DNA of 64,000 nucleotides from an uncultured Gammaproteobacteria bacterium (GTDB lineage Bacteria; Pseudomonadota; Gammaproteobacteria; UBA9214): NCBI GenBank assembly GCA_942491995.1, contig CALOCX010000003.1, positions 139,710 to 203,709 of the forward strand, read 5' to 3'. Shown piece by piece: positions 55,874 to 64,000 of this stretch (position 1 is its first letter; each line of letters starts with the position of its first letter). The notes under the pieces were generated by a model. It saw only the letters and a program-made list of their open reading frames with translations, ran no database searches and was not told where the DNA came from. The position numbers and the translations under genes were made by a program.

Positions 55874-57655
55874 TTGCCAGTCCTTTCATTTGGCAAGCGG
55901 AACAATCTTCCTATGATCTCCACGGACAAGATATATATCGATCAGATCAAACTACTCAACAAAAGCATCCCGCGCGGCCAGCTACTCAACATGGTGATTG
56001 CCCTGGCATTTGCCCTTGTCATGCTGATCCAGTCAAGTAAATCCGCCGTGATCTCCTGGCTTGCGCTGCTGTATTTTGTAACCTTTATCCGTCACCTGCT
56101 GCACAAATATTACTTTCCCCCGGCTTTTGACAAGCCAATCACGGCGAACACCGGCTACAGCTATGCCCTGGCATCCACCATGGCCGGTGCGGTATGGGGT
56201 AGCGCAATTTTCTTTTTCAAGCCGCAGACCCTGGGTGAAATGCTACCCATCGCCCTGACGCTGGGTGGCGTGATGGCCGGAGGAATCAGTGTTCTTTCCT
56301 ACCTGAAGGAATCCTATGCCGGCTTTGCATTGCCGATTGCTATTGCACTTGCAACAGGTTTTTTCACAATGGGTCAACAGACGGCAACGGTTATAGGTTA
56401 CATGATTGTCATCTTTATTCTTGCCTGCCTGTATTTCAGCCGGTCATTCAATAAGGTGCTAACCGAAACACTGCGTCTTCAACATCGTAATGATGATCTC
56501 CTGCTGGAACTGCGCAAGGAGAAAGACATGGCTGAACAGGCAAACATGGCGAAGTCCCGCTTTCTCGCTGCCGCAAGCCATGACTTGCGACAGCCATTGC
56601 ACTCGCTGTCGCTGTTGTTCGAAGCCATCAAGGATGCCGACTCCAGCGAACTCCGGGATTCCCTGTATCCCAAGGTCGAGATGTCGATAGACGCCCTGAG
56701 CAGTCTCTTCAATGCACTGCTTGATATATCAAAACTGGACGCCGGGGTCGTAGAAACCCGTCTCGAGCATTTCAATCTTCAGGATATCGTCAAGGCAACC
56801 CTGCATGAATACGATTCGGAGGCAGACAAGAAGCAGCTTGCACTCAGGCTGCATTGCGGCGAGTGCGTGGTACATTCCGATCGTATATTCCTGGAACGAA
56901 TCATAAGAAACCTGCTAGGCAACGCCATTCGCTATACCGATGCAGGCGGGGTGCTGGTGTCGTGCCGCATGAGGAGCAAGCATGTCATGCTCCAGGTCTG
57001 GGACACCGGCATCGGCATAGCGGAGTCTGAAATCAGCGCTGTATTCGGTGAATTCTACCAGCTGCACAATATCCACAGAGACAGAAACCAGGGACTCGGG
57101 CTCGGCCTTTCAATTGTACAGCGACTCTGCAAGCTGCTCGATCATCCTCTTGAGCTGGGATCGAAACCGGGATCGGGCAGTGTCGTCACGATCCTGATAC
57201 CCAGGGGTGATGCGCAACTTGTAAAGAAAGACAGGTGTCCTGCCCAGCCAATGCCATGGGATTTGACGGGGTTGCGTGTGCTGGTTATTGATGATGATGC
57301 CGATGTCCTGGCCGCGACTTCCGTGTTACTGAATAACTGGGGTTGCCAGGTAATTGCAGCCGTGTCATCCAGTGACGCGCTGGACAAGATCAGTTCGGCC
57401 GCGGAAAAGCCTGACGTTGTCCTGTCCGATCTGCGTCTGCCGGGTAACCAGAACGGCATCCAGGCACTGGATTCAATACGCAGCAAGCTGGGCACGAAGG
57501 TACCCGCAATCCTGATCACGGGCGATACCCGGCCGGCGCGTATACATCTTGCCCAGCAAAGCGGTTACAAGGTATTGCACAAGCCGCTCAAGCCTGCGCA
57601 ACTGCGTACTGCAATACACCAGGTACTCTCTTCGCAAAATCCCGTTACTGGATAA
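55874..57655 (+). CDS. Hybrid sensor histidine kinase/response regulator (multi-TM sensor, HisKA, HATPase_c, C-terminal receiver)
   Basis: About 6 N-terminal TM helices, H-box AAASHDLRQPLHSL, GLGLGLSIVQRL G-box, and receiver LRVLVIDDDADVL...VLSDLRLPG. Confidence 0.88.
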   Translation: MPVLSFGKRNNLPMISTDKIYIDQIKLLNKSIPRGQLLNMVIALAFALVMLIQSSKSAVISWLALLYFVTFIRHLLHKYYFPPAFDKPITANTGYSYALASTMAGAVWGSAIFFFKPQTLGEMLPIALTLGGVMAGGISVLSYLKESYAGFALPIAIALATGFFTMGQQTATVIGYMIVIFILACLYFSRSFNKVLTETLRLQHRNDDLLLELRKEKDMAEQANMAKSRFLAAASHDLRQPLHSLSLLFEAIKDADSSELRDSLYPKVEMSIDALSSLFNALLDISKLDAGVVETRLEHFNLQDIVKATLHEYDSEADKKQLALRLHCGECVVHSDRIFLERIIRNLLGNAIRYTDAGGVLVSCRMRSKHVMLQVWDTGIGIAESEISAVFGEFYQLHNIHRDRNQGLGLGLSIVQRLCKLLDHPLELGSKPGSGSVVTILIPRGDAQLVKKDRCPAQPMPWDLTGLRVLVIDDDADVLAATSVLLNNWGCQVIAAVSSSDALDKISSAAEKPDVVLSDLRLPGNQNGIQALDSIRSKLGTKVPAILITGDTRPARIHLAQQSGYKVLHKPLKPAQLRTAIHQVLSSQNPVTG

Positions 57656-58295
57656 GTCCATTGTGACGCGCAATACTGACACACTCGGTCCTGTTGGAAG
57701 CACCCAGCGACCGCAACAGGGCACTGACATGTACCTTCACGGTATTTTCAGTCAGGGACAACCTCTCCGATATCTGCTTGTTTGAGCAGCCGCTGGCGAG
57801 AAGTTTAAGCACTTCATACTGCCGTTTGGTAATGCCGTTGTTGCTGCTCGCGCCACGCGCCTGCCTGTCAGGCGCCTGCAACGAAGCCAGCTGCTGAATC
57901 TGGTCACGTATTTCGTCGGGTATGAATATTTGCCCCTGCATGATCATGCGCAGCGCGCCAAGCAACTTCTTCCCGGAATAGTATTTGGGTATAAACCCCA
58001 TGACACCCGCATCGATCACCGACCTGATGGTATACGGGTCATCTTCTCCCGAGATAATCACAATGGGCAGACAGGTATTTCGAACCCGGCTGTGCCGCAT
58101 GATCGACAAGCCATCCAGTCCCGGCATATGCAGGTCGAGCAACACGAGATCGAGCGCAGCCTCTGAATCCAGATAACCCAGCGCCTCGCTCGCCGAGGTG
58201 GCCTCCAGGATATCAACGCTCTCATCAAGCGACTTGACAATGTGCCGGATGCCATCGATGAACAGCTGGTGATCATCGACAATCAGAATACGCAC
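57645..58295 (-). CDS. LuxR/FixJ-family response regulator
   Basis: RILIVDDHQLFIDGIRHIV... receiver and C-terminal LuxR HTH (KRQYEVLKLLASGCSNKQISERLSLTENTVKVHVSALL). Start moved to in-frame GTG giving (M)RILIVDDH. Its 3' end overlaps the hybrid kinase stop by 11 bp. Confidence 0.85.
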   Translation of the reverse strand: MRILIVDDHQLFIDGIRHIVKSLDESVDILEATSASEALGYLDSEAALDLVLLDLHMPGLDGLSIMRHSRVRNTCLPIVIISGEDDPYTIRSVIDAGVMGFIPKYYSGKKLLGALRMIMQGQIFIPDEIRDQIQQLASLQAPDRQARGASSNNGITKRQYEVLKLLASGCSNKQISERLSLTENTVKVHVSALLRSLGASNRTECVSIARHNGLIQ

Positions 58296-58557
58296 TGACA
58301 GGCCCCATAAGCAAATATCTTCCCTTTTCAGCACCCTGTTCGGGCGTCGAGCGTTAATTATATGACAGATTTATTACATGGAAGTTAATACTTTTGTGTA
58401 ATTGTGCTGCGGCACATTGCGGCGTACTTTAGCAACTGCCTGTTGCAGGGTAATGTATCCGTGTCGCATGAATAACCAGGCCCGCGCACAGGCACGCATA
58501 GAAACAGGATTGTGTCAACGGAGGACACTGATGAGCGTAACAAGGGAGGCTAAGAAC

Positions 58558-59082
58558 ATGAAGCAGGTTGGCATCTTACTCGCGTGCCTGTTTTTCTGTA
58601 CCGCAGTACCGGCCAGGCACAACAGTGAACACCCCCTGTCTCCGGAGGACTGGAAGGAAGTCATGGACAAGGTTGTCCTGCTGGAGGACTCCGGTCTCAT
58701 GCCGACGCTGCTACCGACCATCATGCGCAACAGGGACATACTGCAGCTGACGGATGAACAGGTAAATTCATTCCGCGCATGGCGCAAGAACAACTACACA
58801 AACATGGTTAATGTCATGAATGAAATCATCGAGAAGATGGTTCAGTTTCGCGTCGACTCACTTAGTCCAGACGTCAGCGCAGGGCAACTCATTGCATCCC
58901 AGTCAGAAATACAGGAATTACAACGCCAGCTTTTAATAATCAAGCTCTCATGCCGGAATCTTGTCGTGAAAAGTTTCACCGCTGCGCAATGGGAGAACTT
59001 CGCATTCGTCGTTGCCGACAACCCCAGGCTTGCGAGCCTTATGCCGCAGGTCAAAACCGTATCTGTTGAACCCTTGCACTAG
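58558..59082 (+). CDS. Periplasmic CpxP/Spy-like protein (LTxxQ motif), hypothetical
   Basis: Signal peptide MKQVGILLACLFFCTAVPA and LQLTDEQVNSFRAWRKNNY (LTxxQ). RBS AAGGGAGG; track ORF extended upstream without RBS. Confidence 0.55.
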   Translation: MKQVGILLACLFFCTAVPARHNSEHPLSPEDWKEVMDKVVLLEDSGLMPTLLPTIMRNRDILQLTDEQVNSFRAWRKNNYTNMVNVMNEIIEKMVQFRVDSLSPDVSAGQLIASQSEIQELQRQLLIIKLSCRNLVVKSFTAAQWENFAFVVADNPRLASLMPQVKTVSVEPLH

Positions 59083-59112
59083 GGTTCTGCATATTTGCAT
59101 CAGAGAGACATC

Positions 59113-59259
59113 ATGAAAACATTACGATTGACTGTGATTCTATTTTTCATCTCTGCAGTATCAAACACACTGTTTGCAGGACAAGCTGATGGAAAGTCAG
59201 ACCAGGGCAGCGGGACAGAGCCTGAGTGTGACTATGTGGCAGTGACAGGCAGCGTGTAG
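59113..59259 (+). CDS. 48-aa secreted peptide, hypothetical
   Basis: MKTLRLTVILFFISAVSNTLFAGQADGKSDQGSGTEPECDYVAVTGSV, with RBS AGAGAGA. Below the track size cutoff. Confidence 0.3.
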   Translation: MKTLRLTVILFFISAVSNTLFAGQADGKSDQGSGTEPECDYVAVTGSV

Positions 59260-59296
59260 CTTCGGACTGCGATTTTTTAACGGCTGCCTGGTGTTT

Positions 59297-59920
59297 TCAG
59301 GCATCTGAAGCAGACTTGCTGCGCACCCTGACGCGCACCGCATCCTCGAATTCCAGCTCCTCGAGGTGCGTCGTCATGACATGCAGCATCTCCTCGATTT
59401 CCGGCAGGATGACATTTTCAAGTGCCCGTGCACGGCGTTCCGTGAGGCGGTATTCCACCAGCAGGCGATACAGGTTGCCGGATATACCGGCTATGTGGCT
59501 GCTCAAATCAAGCAGTTTGCGAAACGCCTGCTTGCAGTTATTTGCCTCGGACGAGGGACAGGCTGCGGTTACCGCGGCACTGTCTTCCTCCAGCTGCAGG
59601 CGGGTATCGGCCAGCATCACGCCCATAAAATTACGTGTTTCAGTTTCGAAACGTGTTGCCTTGATCACGGCAGCAGGATAGACACTCAATCCCTGCAGAC
59701 CGTGCTGGGCGACGGCATGCAGCAGTGCGGTGACTGCCTGCTGGCGCAACCGTTCGAATTCCTGCTGCAGGCGCTCGTACTCCCCCAGCTGGCGCAGCAA
59801 TTCGGCGGCCAGCAACAGGCGTTTCTCATCGAGGAAATTATAGGCCTCGCTGACGACGAGTCGCTCGGACTTCAGTTCCAGCACCGCGGAACGCGTTGGC
59901 ACCGTTTGCATGGTACTCAT
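59297..59920 (-). CDS. atpD: V-type ATP synthase subunit D
   Basis: MSTMQTVPTRSAVLELKSERLVVSEAYNFLDEKRLLLAAELLRQL..., 207 aa. Last gene of an A-B-D run. Confidence 0.85.
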   Translation of the reverse strand: MSTMQTVPTRSAVLELKSERLVVSEAYNFLDEKRLLLAAELLRQLGEYERLQQEFERLRQQAVTALLHAVAQHGLQGLSVYPAAVIKATRFETETRNFMGVMLADTRLQLEEDSAAVTAACPSSEANNCKQAFRKLLDLSSHIAGISGNLYRLLVEYRLTERRARALENVILPEIEEMLHVMTTHLEELEFEDAVRVRVRSKSASDA

Positions 59921-61308
59921 TGCGGTTGAACGTCCTCTTTAATGTACTTGTCGATCTGCCTGTCACTGAGCCGGTGCAGCTCCGAGATCGGCAGCGTGCG
60001 CAACAGTTGCCAGCCAATCGCCATGCTCTGTTCGAGGCTGCGCGCGTCCTGCTGGTTGACCAGTTGACGCTCGAAAAGATCACCGAAATCCAGGAACAGC
60101 CGGTCGGTCTCCGCCAGTCCCTCGCGACCGACGACGCTGGCGAGCACACGCATGTGCACGGCCCGCGCATAGGCCGCATACAGCTGGTTGGCAAGCGCGG
60201 GGTGGTCGGCATGGGTAAAACCCTCGCCGGTACCGTCTTTCATCAGGCGTGACAGGCACGGCAGCACATTGACCGGTGGATAGATATCCATGCGGTCGAG
60301 GTCACGGTCCAGCACGATCTGGCCCTCGGTGATGTAGCCCGTCAGATCCGGTATCGGGTGCGTGATGTCATCCGAAGGCATGGTCAGGATCGGCAGCTGT
60401 GTCAGTGAGCCTTCCTGTCCGCGGAGACTGCCGGCACGCTCATAGAGGGTGGCCAGGTCCGAATACATATACCCCGGGAAGCCCTTGCGACTCGGCACCT
60501 CGCCATGACTGGCGGATACCTCGCGCAAGGCCTCGCAGTAATTGGTCATGTCCGACATCACCACCAGCACATGTTTGCCCTCATCGAAGGCCAGGTATTC
60601 CGCTGCCGTCAAGGCGTAACGCGGTGCCAGCAGGCGCTGGGTACTCGAATCCGATGCCAGATTCAGGAACAGCACCGTGTGTTCCAGCACGCCACTGTCC
60701 TCCATCTCGCGGCGGAATCGCTCGGCGGTGTCATAGGACACCCCGATGGCCACGAACACCAGGGCAAATTCTCCGGCTGCCGCATCGCGCAGGCGCGCCT
60801 GCCTGGCAATCTGTATCGCCAGCAGGTCATGCGGCAAACCGGCGCCGGAAAAGATCGGCAGTTTCTGGCCGCGCACCAGGCTGTTCATCAAATCAATGGT
60901 CGAGACACCGGTCTCGATGAAATCGGTCGGCACCGTGCGTGCCGCCGGATTGATCGAACGCCCGTCGATACGGCGCATTTCGACGGCAGCCACCGGCGGT
61001 CCGTTGTCGATGGCCCGGCCAACACCGTCAAAGATGCGGCCAAGCAGGTCGGGGCCGACCGCAAAGGTCAGCGGCTCGCCACGAAAACGCACCCGGGTAT
61101 TGTCGAGATCCAGCCCGCTGGTCGATTCCAGCACCTCGACCGTAAGCGACTCGTGGCTGAGTGCGGCAATGCGTCCAAGGCGGGCATTGCCCTGCGCGTC
61201 GACAACCTCGACCGCTTCATTGAGACCGACATTCACGGTGCGCTTCAGAAACAGCAGCGGCCCCTCGATGCGGGTCGCCACGAAATCAGCATAAACATCA
61301 GCCCGCAT
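59917..61308 (-). CDS. atpB: V-type ATP synthase subunit B
   Basis: 463 aa with VLESTSGLDLDNTRVRFRGEPL, GRIFDG...IDGR, and a degenerate non-catalytic P-loop region. Confidence 0.9.
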   Translation of the reverse strand: MRADVYADFVATRIEGPLLFLKRTVNVGLNEAVEVVDAQGNARLGRIAALSHESLTVEVLESTSGLDLDNTRVRFRGEPLTFAVGPDLLGRIFDGVGRAIDNGPPVAAVEMRRIDGRSINPAARTVPTDFIETGVSTIDLMNSLVRGQKLPIFSGAGLPHDLLAIQIARQARLRDAAAGEFALVFVAIGVSYDTAERFRREMEDSGVLEHTVLFLNLASDSSTQRLLAPRYALTAAEYLAFDEGKHVLVVMSDMTNYCEALREVSASHGEVPSRKGFPGYMYSDLATLYERAGSLRGQEGSLTQLPILTMPSDDITHPIPDLTGYITEGQIVLDRDLDRMDIYPPVNVLPCLSRLMKDGTGEGFTHADHPALANQLYAAYARAVHMRVLASVVGREGLAETDRLFLDFGDLFERQLVNQQDARSLEQSMAIGWQLLRTLPISELHRLSDRQIDKYIKEDVQPQ

Positions 61309-63085
61309 GCTCGGCCCTCCCGTTGCTTAATGCTGCAAATGCCCTGTCGAGTCCCTTGCCCAGCACCTCGAACCGTTCCAGCTCGTTGTTATCAATCTCT
61401 TCACCCATGCGACGCAGTTGTCGCATCACCGGCAGGCTGTTGATGGCAGCAACATCAACACCAGCCGCGACGGCCCTGGCTGATAACTCGATAAAGCGGT
61501 CGAGCAGCTGCATCATGGCAATCTGCTTGACTGCCGGACAGAAGCGGTCGGTCTCCGAAAAGGCCGACTGGCGCAGGAAGGCCTCGTTGATCAGCTCGGC
61601 ACACAGCAACACGTTTTGCTGACGCGGCGGCAAGGCATCCTTGCCAACGATACGCGCCATGCGTTCCAGCTTGGCCTGCTCTTCCAGCAGGCTGAGGAAA
61701 CGGCGGCGCTGCTCCGGCCATTGCGGATTACCCAGTTCGCTCCAGAACGGTGCCAGAACCTCGATATCCTGCGAATAGGAATTCAACGGGTGGATAGCCG
61801 GATAGAAACGCGCCTGTGCACGTGACGCATCCAGTGCCCAGAAACTGCGCACATAACGCTTGGTGTGCGTGGTCACCGGCTCCGAAAAATCCGCCGACGG
61901 CGGGCTCACCGCACCGATAATGCTGAGTGAACCCACAGTGCCACCCAGGGTAGTGACATGTGCCGCGCGCTCGTAGAAGTCGGCCTGTCGACTGCTGAGG
62001 TAGGCCGGGTAACCGGCCTCACCCGGCAGTTCGCCGAGGCGTCCGGAGACCTCGCGCAAGGCCTCTGCCCAGCGGCTGGTCGAGTCCGCCATCAGCGCCA
62101 CGCGCAGGCCCTGGTCACGAAAATACTCGGCAACCGTGACCGCGGTATAGATACTGGCCTCACGCGCCGCGACCGGCATATTCGAGGTATTGGCAATGAT
62201 GACCGTGCGTTCCATCAGCGGCCGGCCGGTTCTGGGGTCCTCCAGCTTTGGGAACTCGTCCAGTACACCGGCCATCTCATTGCCACGCTCACCGCAGCCG
62301 ACATAGACGATCACGTCTGCGTCACACCACTTCGCCAGCGTCTCCTGCAACACGGTCTTGCCGGTGCCAAAACCACCGGGCATGGCGGCACGGCTGCCGC
62401 AGGCGAGTGGAAACAGGCAATCGAGAATGCGCTGCCCGGTAAACAACGGACCCTCGACCGGGATACGCGCTTTCACCGGTCGTGGCTTGCGTACCGGCCA
62501 CTGCTGCACCTGGCAGACGGGGTGCTCCTTACCCTGCTCATCCCGGAGTACGCATACAGGCACATCACCGGGATAGTTTCCGGTCGGGACAATCTCGACA
62601 ACTGTACCTGACACACCCGGCGGTACCAGGCAATTCTGCGTTCGGGCATCGTTGCGTTTGACAACACCGATCACCTGTCCTGCCACGAGCGGCTCACCGG
62701 CAGTGACCCGGGGCCGAAACGGCCAGCTGTCGCCATCCACCGAATGTCTGATTCCCGGCGCAATATAGAGACCCTGTGTTGTCAGCGGCCGCAGCAGGCC
62801 ATCGAAGATATTGCCCAGCAGGCCTGGCCCGAGCGGCACCGACAGGGCCGCACCGGTCCCGGAAATGATGTCTCCCGGACGCAGGCCGGTGGTGTCCTCA
62901 TAGACCTGGATTACCGCGTAGGGGCCATCGAGGCGGATGACTTCACCCAGCAACTGTTGCTCGCCGACCAGCGCCGCCTCGTTAATACTGAAGGGGCGTG
63001 CAACAGTCGCGCGCAACACCGGGCCACTGATCCAGGTAATGGTGGCATCGGCAACTGGCTGATGCGACTCCGGCACTGTGTTCAT
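61298..63085 (-). CDS. atpA: V-type ATP synthase catalytic subunit A
   Basis: 595 aa with GEVIRLDGPYAVIQVYEDTTGLRPGD, LSVPLGPGLLGNIFDGLLRPL and P-loop GGFGTGKTVLQETLAKW. Confidence 0.92.
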   Translation of the reverse strand: MNTVPESHQPVADATITWISGPVLRATVARPFSINEAALVGEQQLLGEVIRLDGPYAVIQVYEDTTGLRPGDIISGTGAALSVPLGPGLLGNIFDGLLRPLTTQGLYIAPGIRHSVDGDSWPFRPRVTAGEPLVAGQVIGVVKRNDARTQNCLVPPGVSGTVVEIVPTGNYPGDVPVCVLRDEQGKEHPVCQVQQWPVRKPRPVKARIPVEGPLFTGQRILDCLFPLACGSRAAMPGGFGTGKTVLQETLAKWCDADVIVYVGCGERGNEMAGVLDEFPKLEDPRTGRPLMERTVIIANTSNMPVAAREASIYTAVTVAEYFRDQGLRVALMADSTSRWAEALREVSGRLGELPGEAGYPAYLSSRQADFYERAAHVTTLGGTVGSLSIIGAVSPPSADFSEPVTTHTKRYVRSFWALDASRAQARFYPAIHPLNSYSQDIEVLAPFWSELGNPQWPEQRRRFLSLLEEQAKLERMARIVGKDALPPRQQNVLLCAELINEAFLRQSAFSETDRFCPAVKQIAMMQLLDRFIELSARAVAAGVDVAAINSLPVMRQLRRMGEEIDNNELERFEVLGKGLDRAFAALSNGRAEHAG

Positions 63086-63708
63086 GCATCACCCCCGGCA
63101 CGCTCGGTACACAGCGCCAGCAGTTCTGCATCGATGCGCTCCCGGTCATGCAACAGGCCGTCAATGGTCGCGTCCATGCAGGTACCATCGGCGCAGATGC
63201 GCAGACCGGCGCTGATGTCGGCCTTTGCCTGCAGGCGAGGCGTCTTGCCACATACCGAGGTGATATGTTGCAGCAGGTCGTCGTGCTCGCTCATTGGCCA
63301 GTCGGCCGGGTGCTCGACGGTCCAGTCTTTGCCATCCAGGGTAGTCACGGCCGCATTGACGAGCACCTCACACCACTGTTGCCGCGACGCCGGTTGCTGC
63401 CAGCGCTGCAGCAATGCCGCCTGCAAGGCCGCACGTGCAGCAACCAGCAGCACCCCGTCGTCAGCCTGGCGCTGCTGACGTGCCCGGGTCTGCTGCTGTG
63501 CCTCGTGCGAGGCCAGCGCGCGTTCGACACGCCTGCGCGTTTCGGCATTTTCGCTATGCATACGTTGCCGCGCCTCGCGCCAGGCCGTCCGCAGCAGCAC
63601 CCTGGCCTCGGCTTCTGCGTTCGCCCGGATAGCCGCACACTTTTCGTCGCGGTGCTGTGTCACCACATCCAGCAGGTGTCTGACCTTGTTGTCGAGGACG
63701 CTACTCAT
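63082..63708 (-). CDS. V-type ATPase peripheral-stalk subunit (E-like), putative
   Basis: 208 aa from internal Met MSSVLDNKVRHLLDVV..., Arg/Glu/Ala-rich coiled-coil (ANAEAEARVLLRTAWREARQRMHSENAETRRRVERALASHEAQQQ). Sits between the F-like and A genes. Confidence 0.45.
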   Translation of the reverse strand: MSSVLDNKVRHLLDVVTQHRDEKCAAIRANAEAEARVLLRTAWREARQRMHSENAETRRRVERALASHEAQQQTRARQQRQADDGVLLVAARAALQAALLQRWQQPASRQQWCEVLVNAAVTTLDGKDWTVEHPADWPMSEHDDLLQHITSVCGKTPRLQAKADISAGLRICADGTCMDATIDGLLHDRERIDAELLALCTERAGGDA

Positions 63709-64000
63709 TCGAGCACCCCGAGCTGCTGCCGCAGGCGGGTCGCCAAATCGGGCATTACCGCCTGGCCACGCACATCGGGCACCACCACCACAGCCGGCGT
63801 CACCCTTGACAGCAGTCGGTCCAGATCCGCCACCGGGAGTTGTGCGGCAAGATCGGCACCGAGCAGCACCAGCGGCGCATCTGTGCATGCCTGCTCGATT
63901 TGTGCAAGGAGTTCGGCGGTGTCCGGCACCTGCACGCGCAGACCGGCAAGCCGGTAACCGGCAGCACTCACGGCATCACCAATATAGACAGGTTGACTCA
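63705..64000 (-). CDS. V-type ATPase subunit F, partial (5' end beyond window)
   Basis: Reverse complement of the window end reads ...PVYIGDAVSAAGYRLAGLRVQVPDTAELLAQIEQ..., typical of subunit F (IGD..TV.GFRLAG); no start codon inside the window. Confidence 0.6.
   Translation of the reverse strand, partial: SQPVYIGDAVSAAGYRLAGLRVQVPDTAELLAQIEQACTDAPLVLLGADLAAQLPVADLDRLLSRVTPAVVVVPDVRGQAVMPDLATRLRQQLGVLE

Overview
High-GC proteobacterial chromosomal segment, probably from a gammaproteobacterial sulfur oxidizer or hydrogen oxidizer. Key loci, left to right: (1) a signalling cassette of PAS sensor kinase, OmpR-type regulator, lone CheY-like receiver and a divergent sigma-54 enhancer-binding protein; (2) a tandemly duplicated UAS plus sigma-54 promoter module, driving first a 31-aa leader-like ORF with its own terminator and then a ~3-kb secreted multiheme cytochrome c with PKD and cadherin-like domains, which is broken by at least 8 frameshifts; (3) a complete System-I cytochrome c maturation operon ccmABCDEFGHI; (4) a frameshifted PAF-acetylhydrolase-like alpha/beta hydrolase; (5) a membrane glycerophosphodiesterase translationally coupled to a prokaryotic phospholipase-A2-like lipoprotein; (6) a DUF1329/DUF1302 pair with an AEC transporter and YyaL; (7) housekeeping genes tatD, tcdA, slyD and yeiP; (8) a DsrC/TusE-like protein; (9) gamma-glutamyltransferase and a P2-type ATPase; (10) a Ralstonia-SH-like NAD-reducing [NiFe] hydrogenase operon hoxFUYH-hoxW; (11) a low-GC islet of small orphan proteins next to soxXA; (12) pirin, LysR and Uup; (13) a hybrid histidine kinase, LuxR-type regulator and CpxP-like protein; (14) a V-type ATPase operon (F,E,A,B,D). 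Intergenic regions carry about 20 copies of a 26-28 bp REP-like palindromic element (core AATCGCGCCGGGGACGGCGCTCCTACA), including a composite 3-unit array, and this element generates several spurious ORFs. Two further palindromic repeat families and several nested inverted repeats are present. No rRNA, tRNA, CRISPR, transposase or integrase was found.
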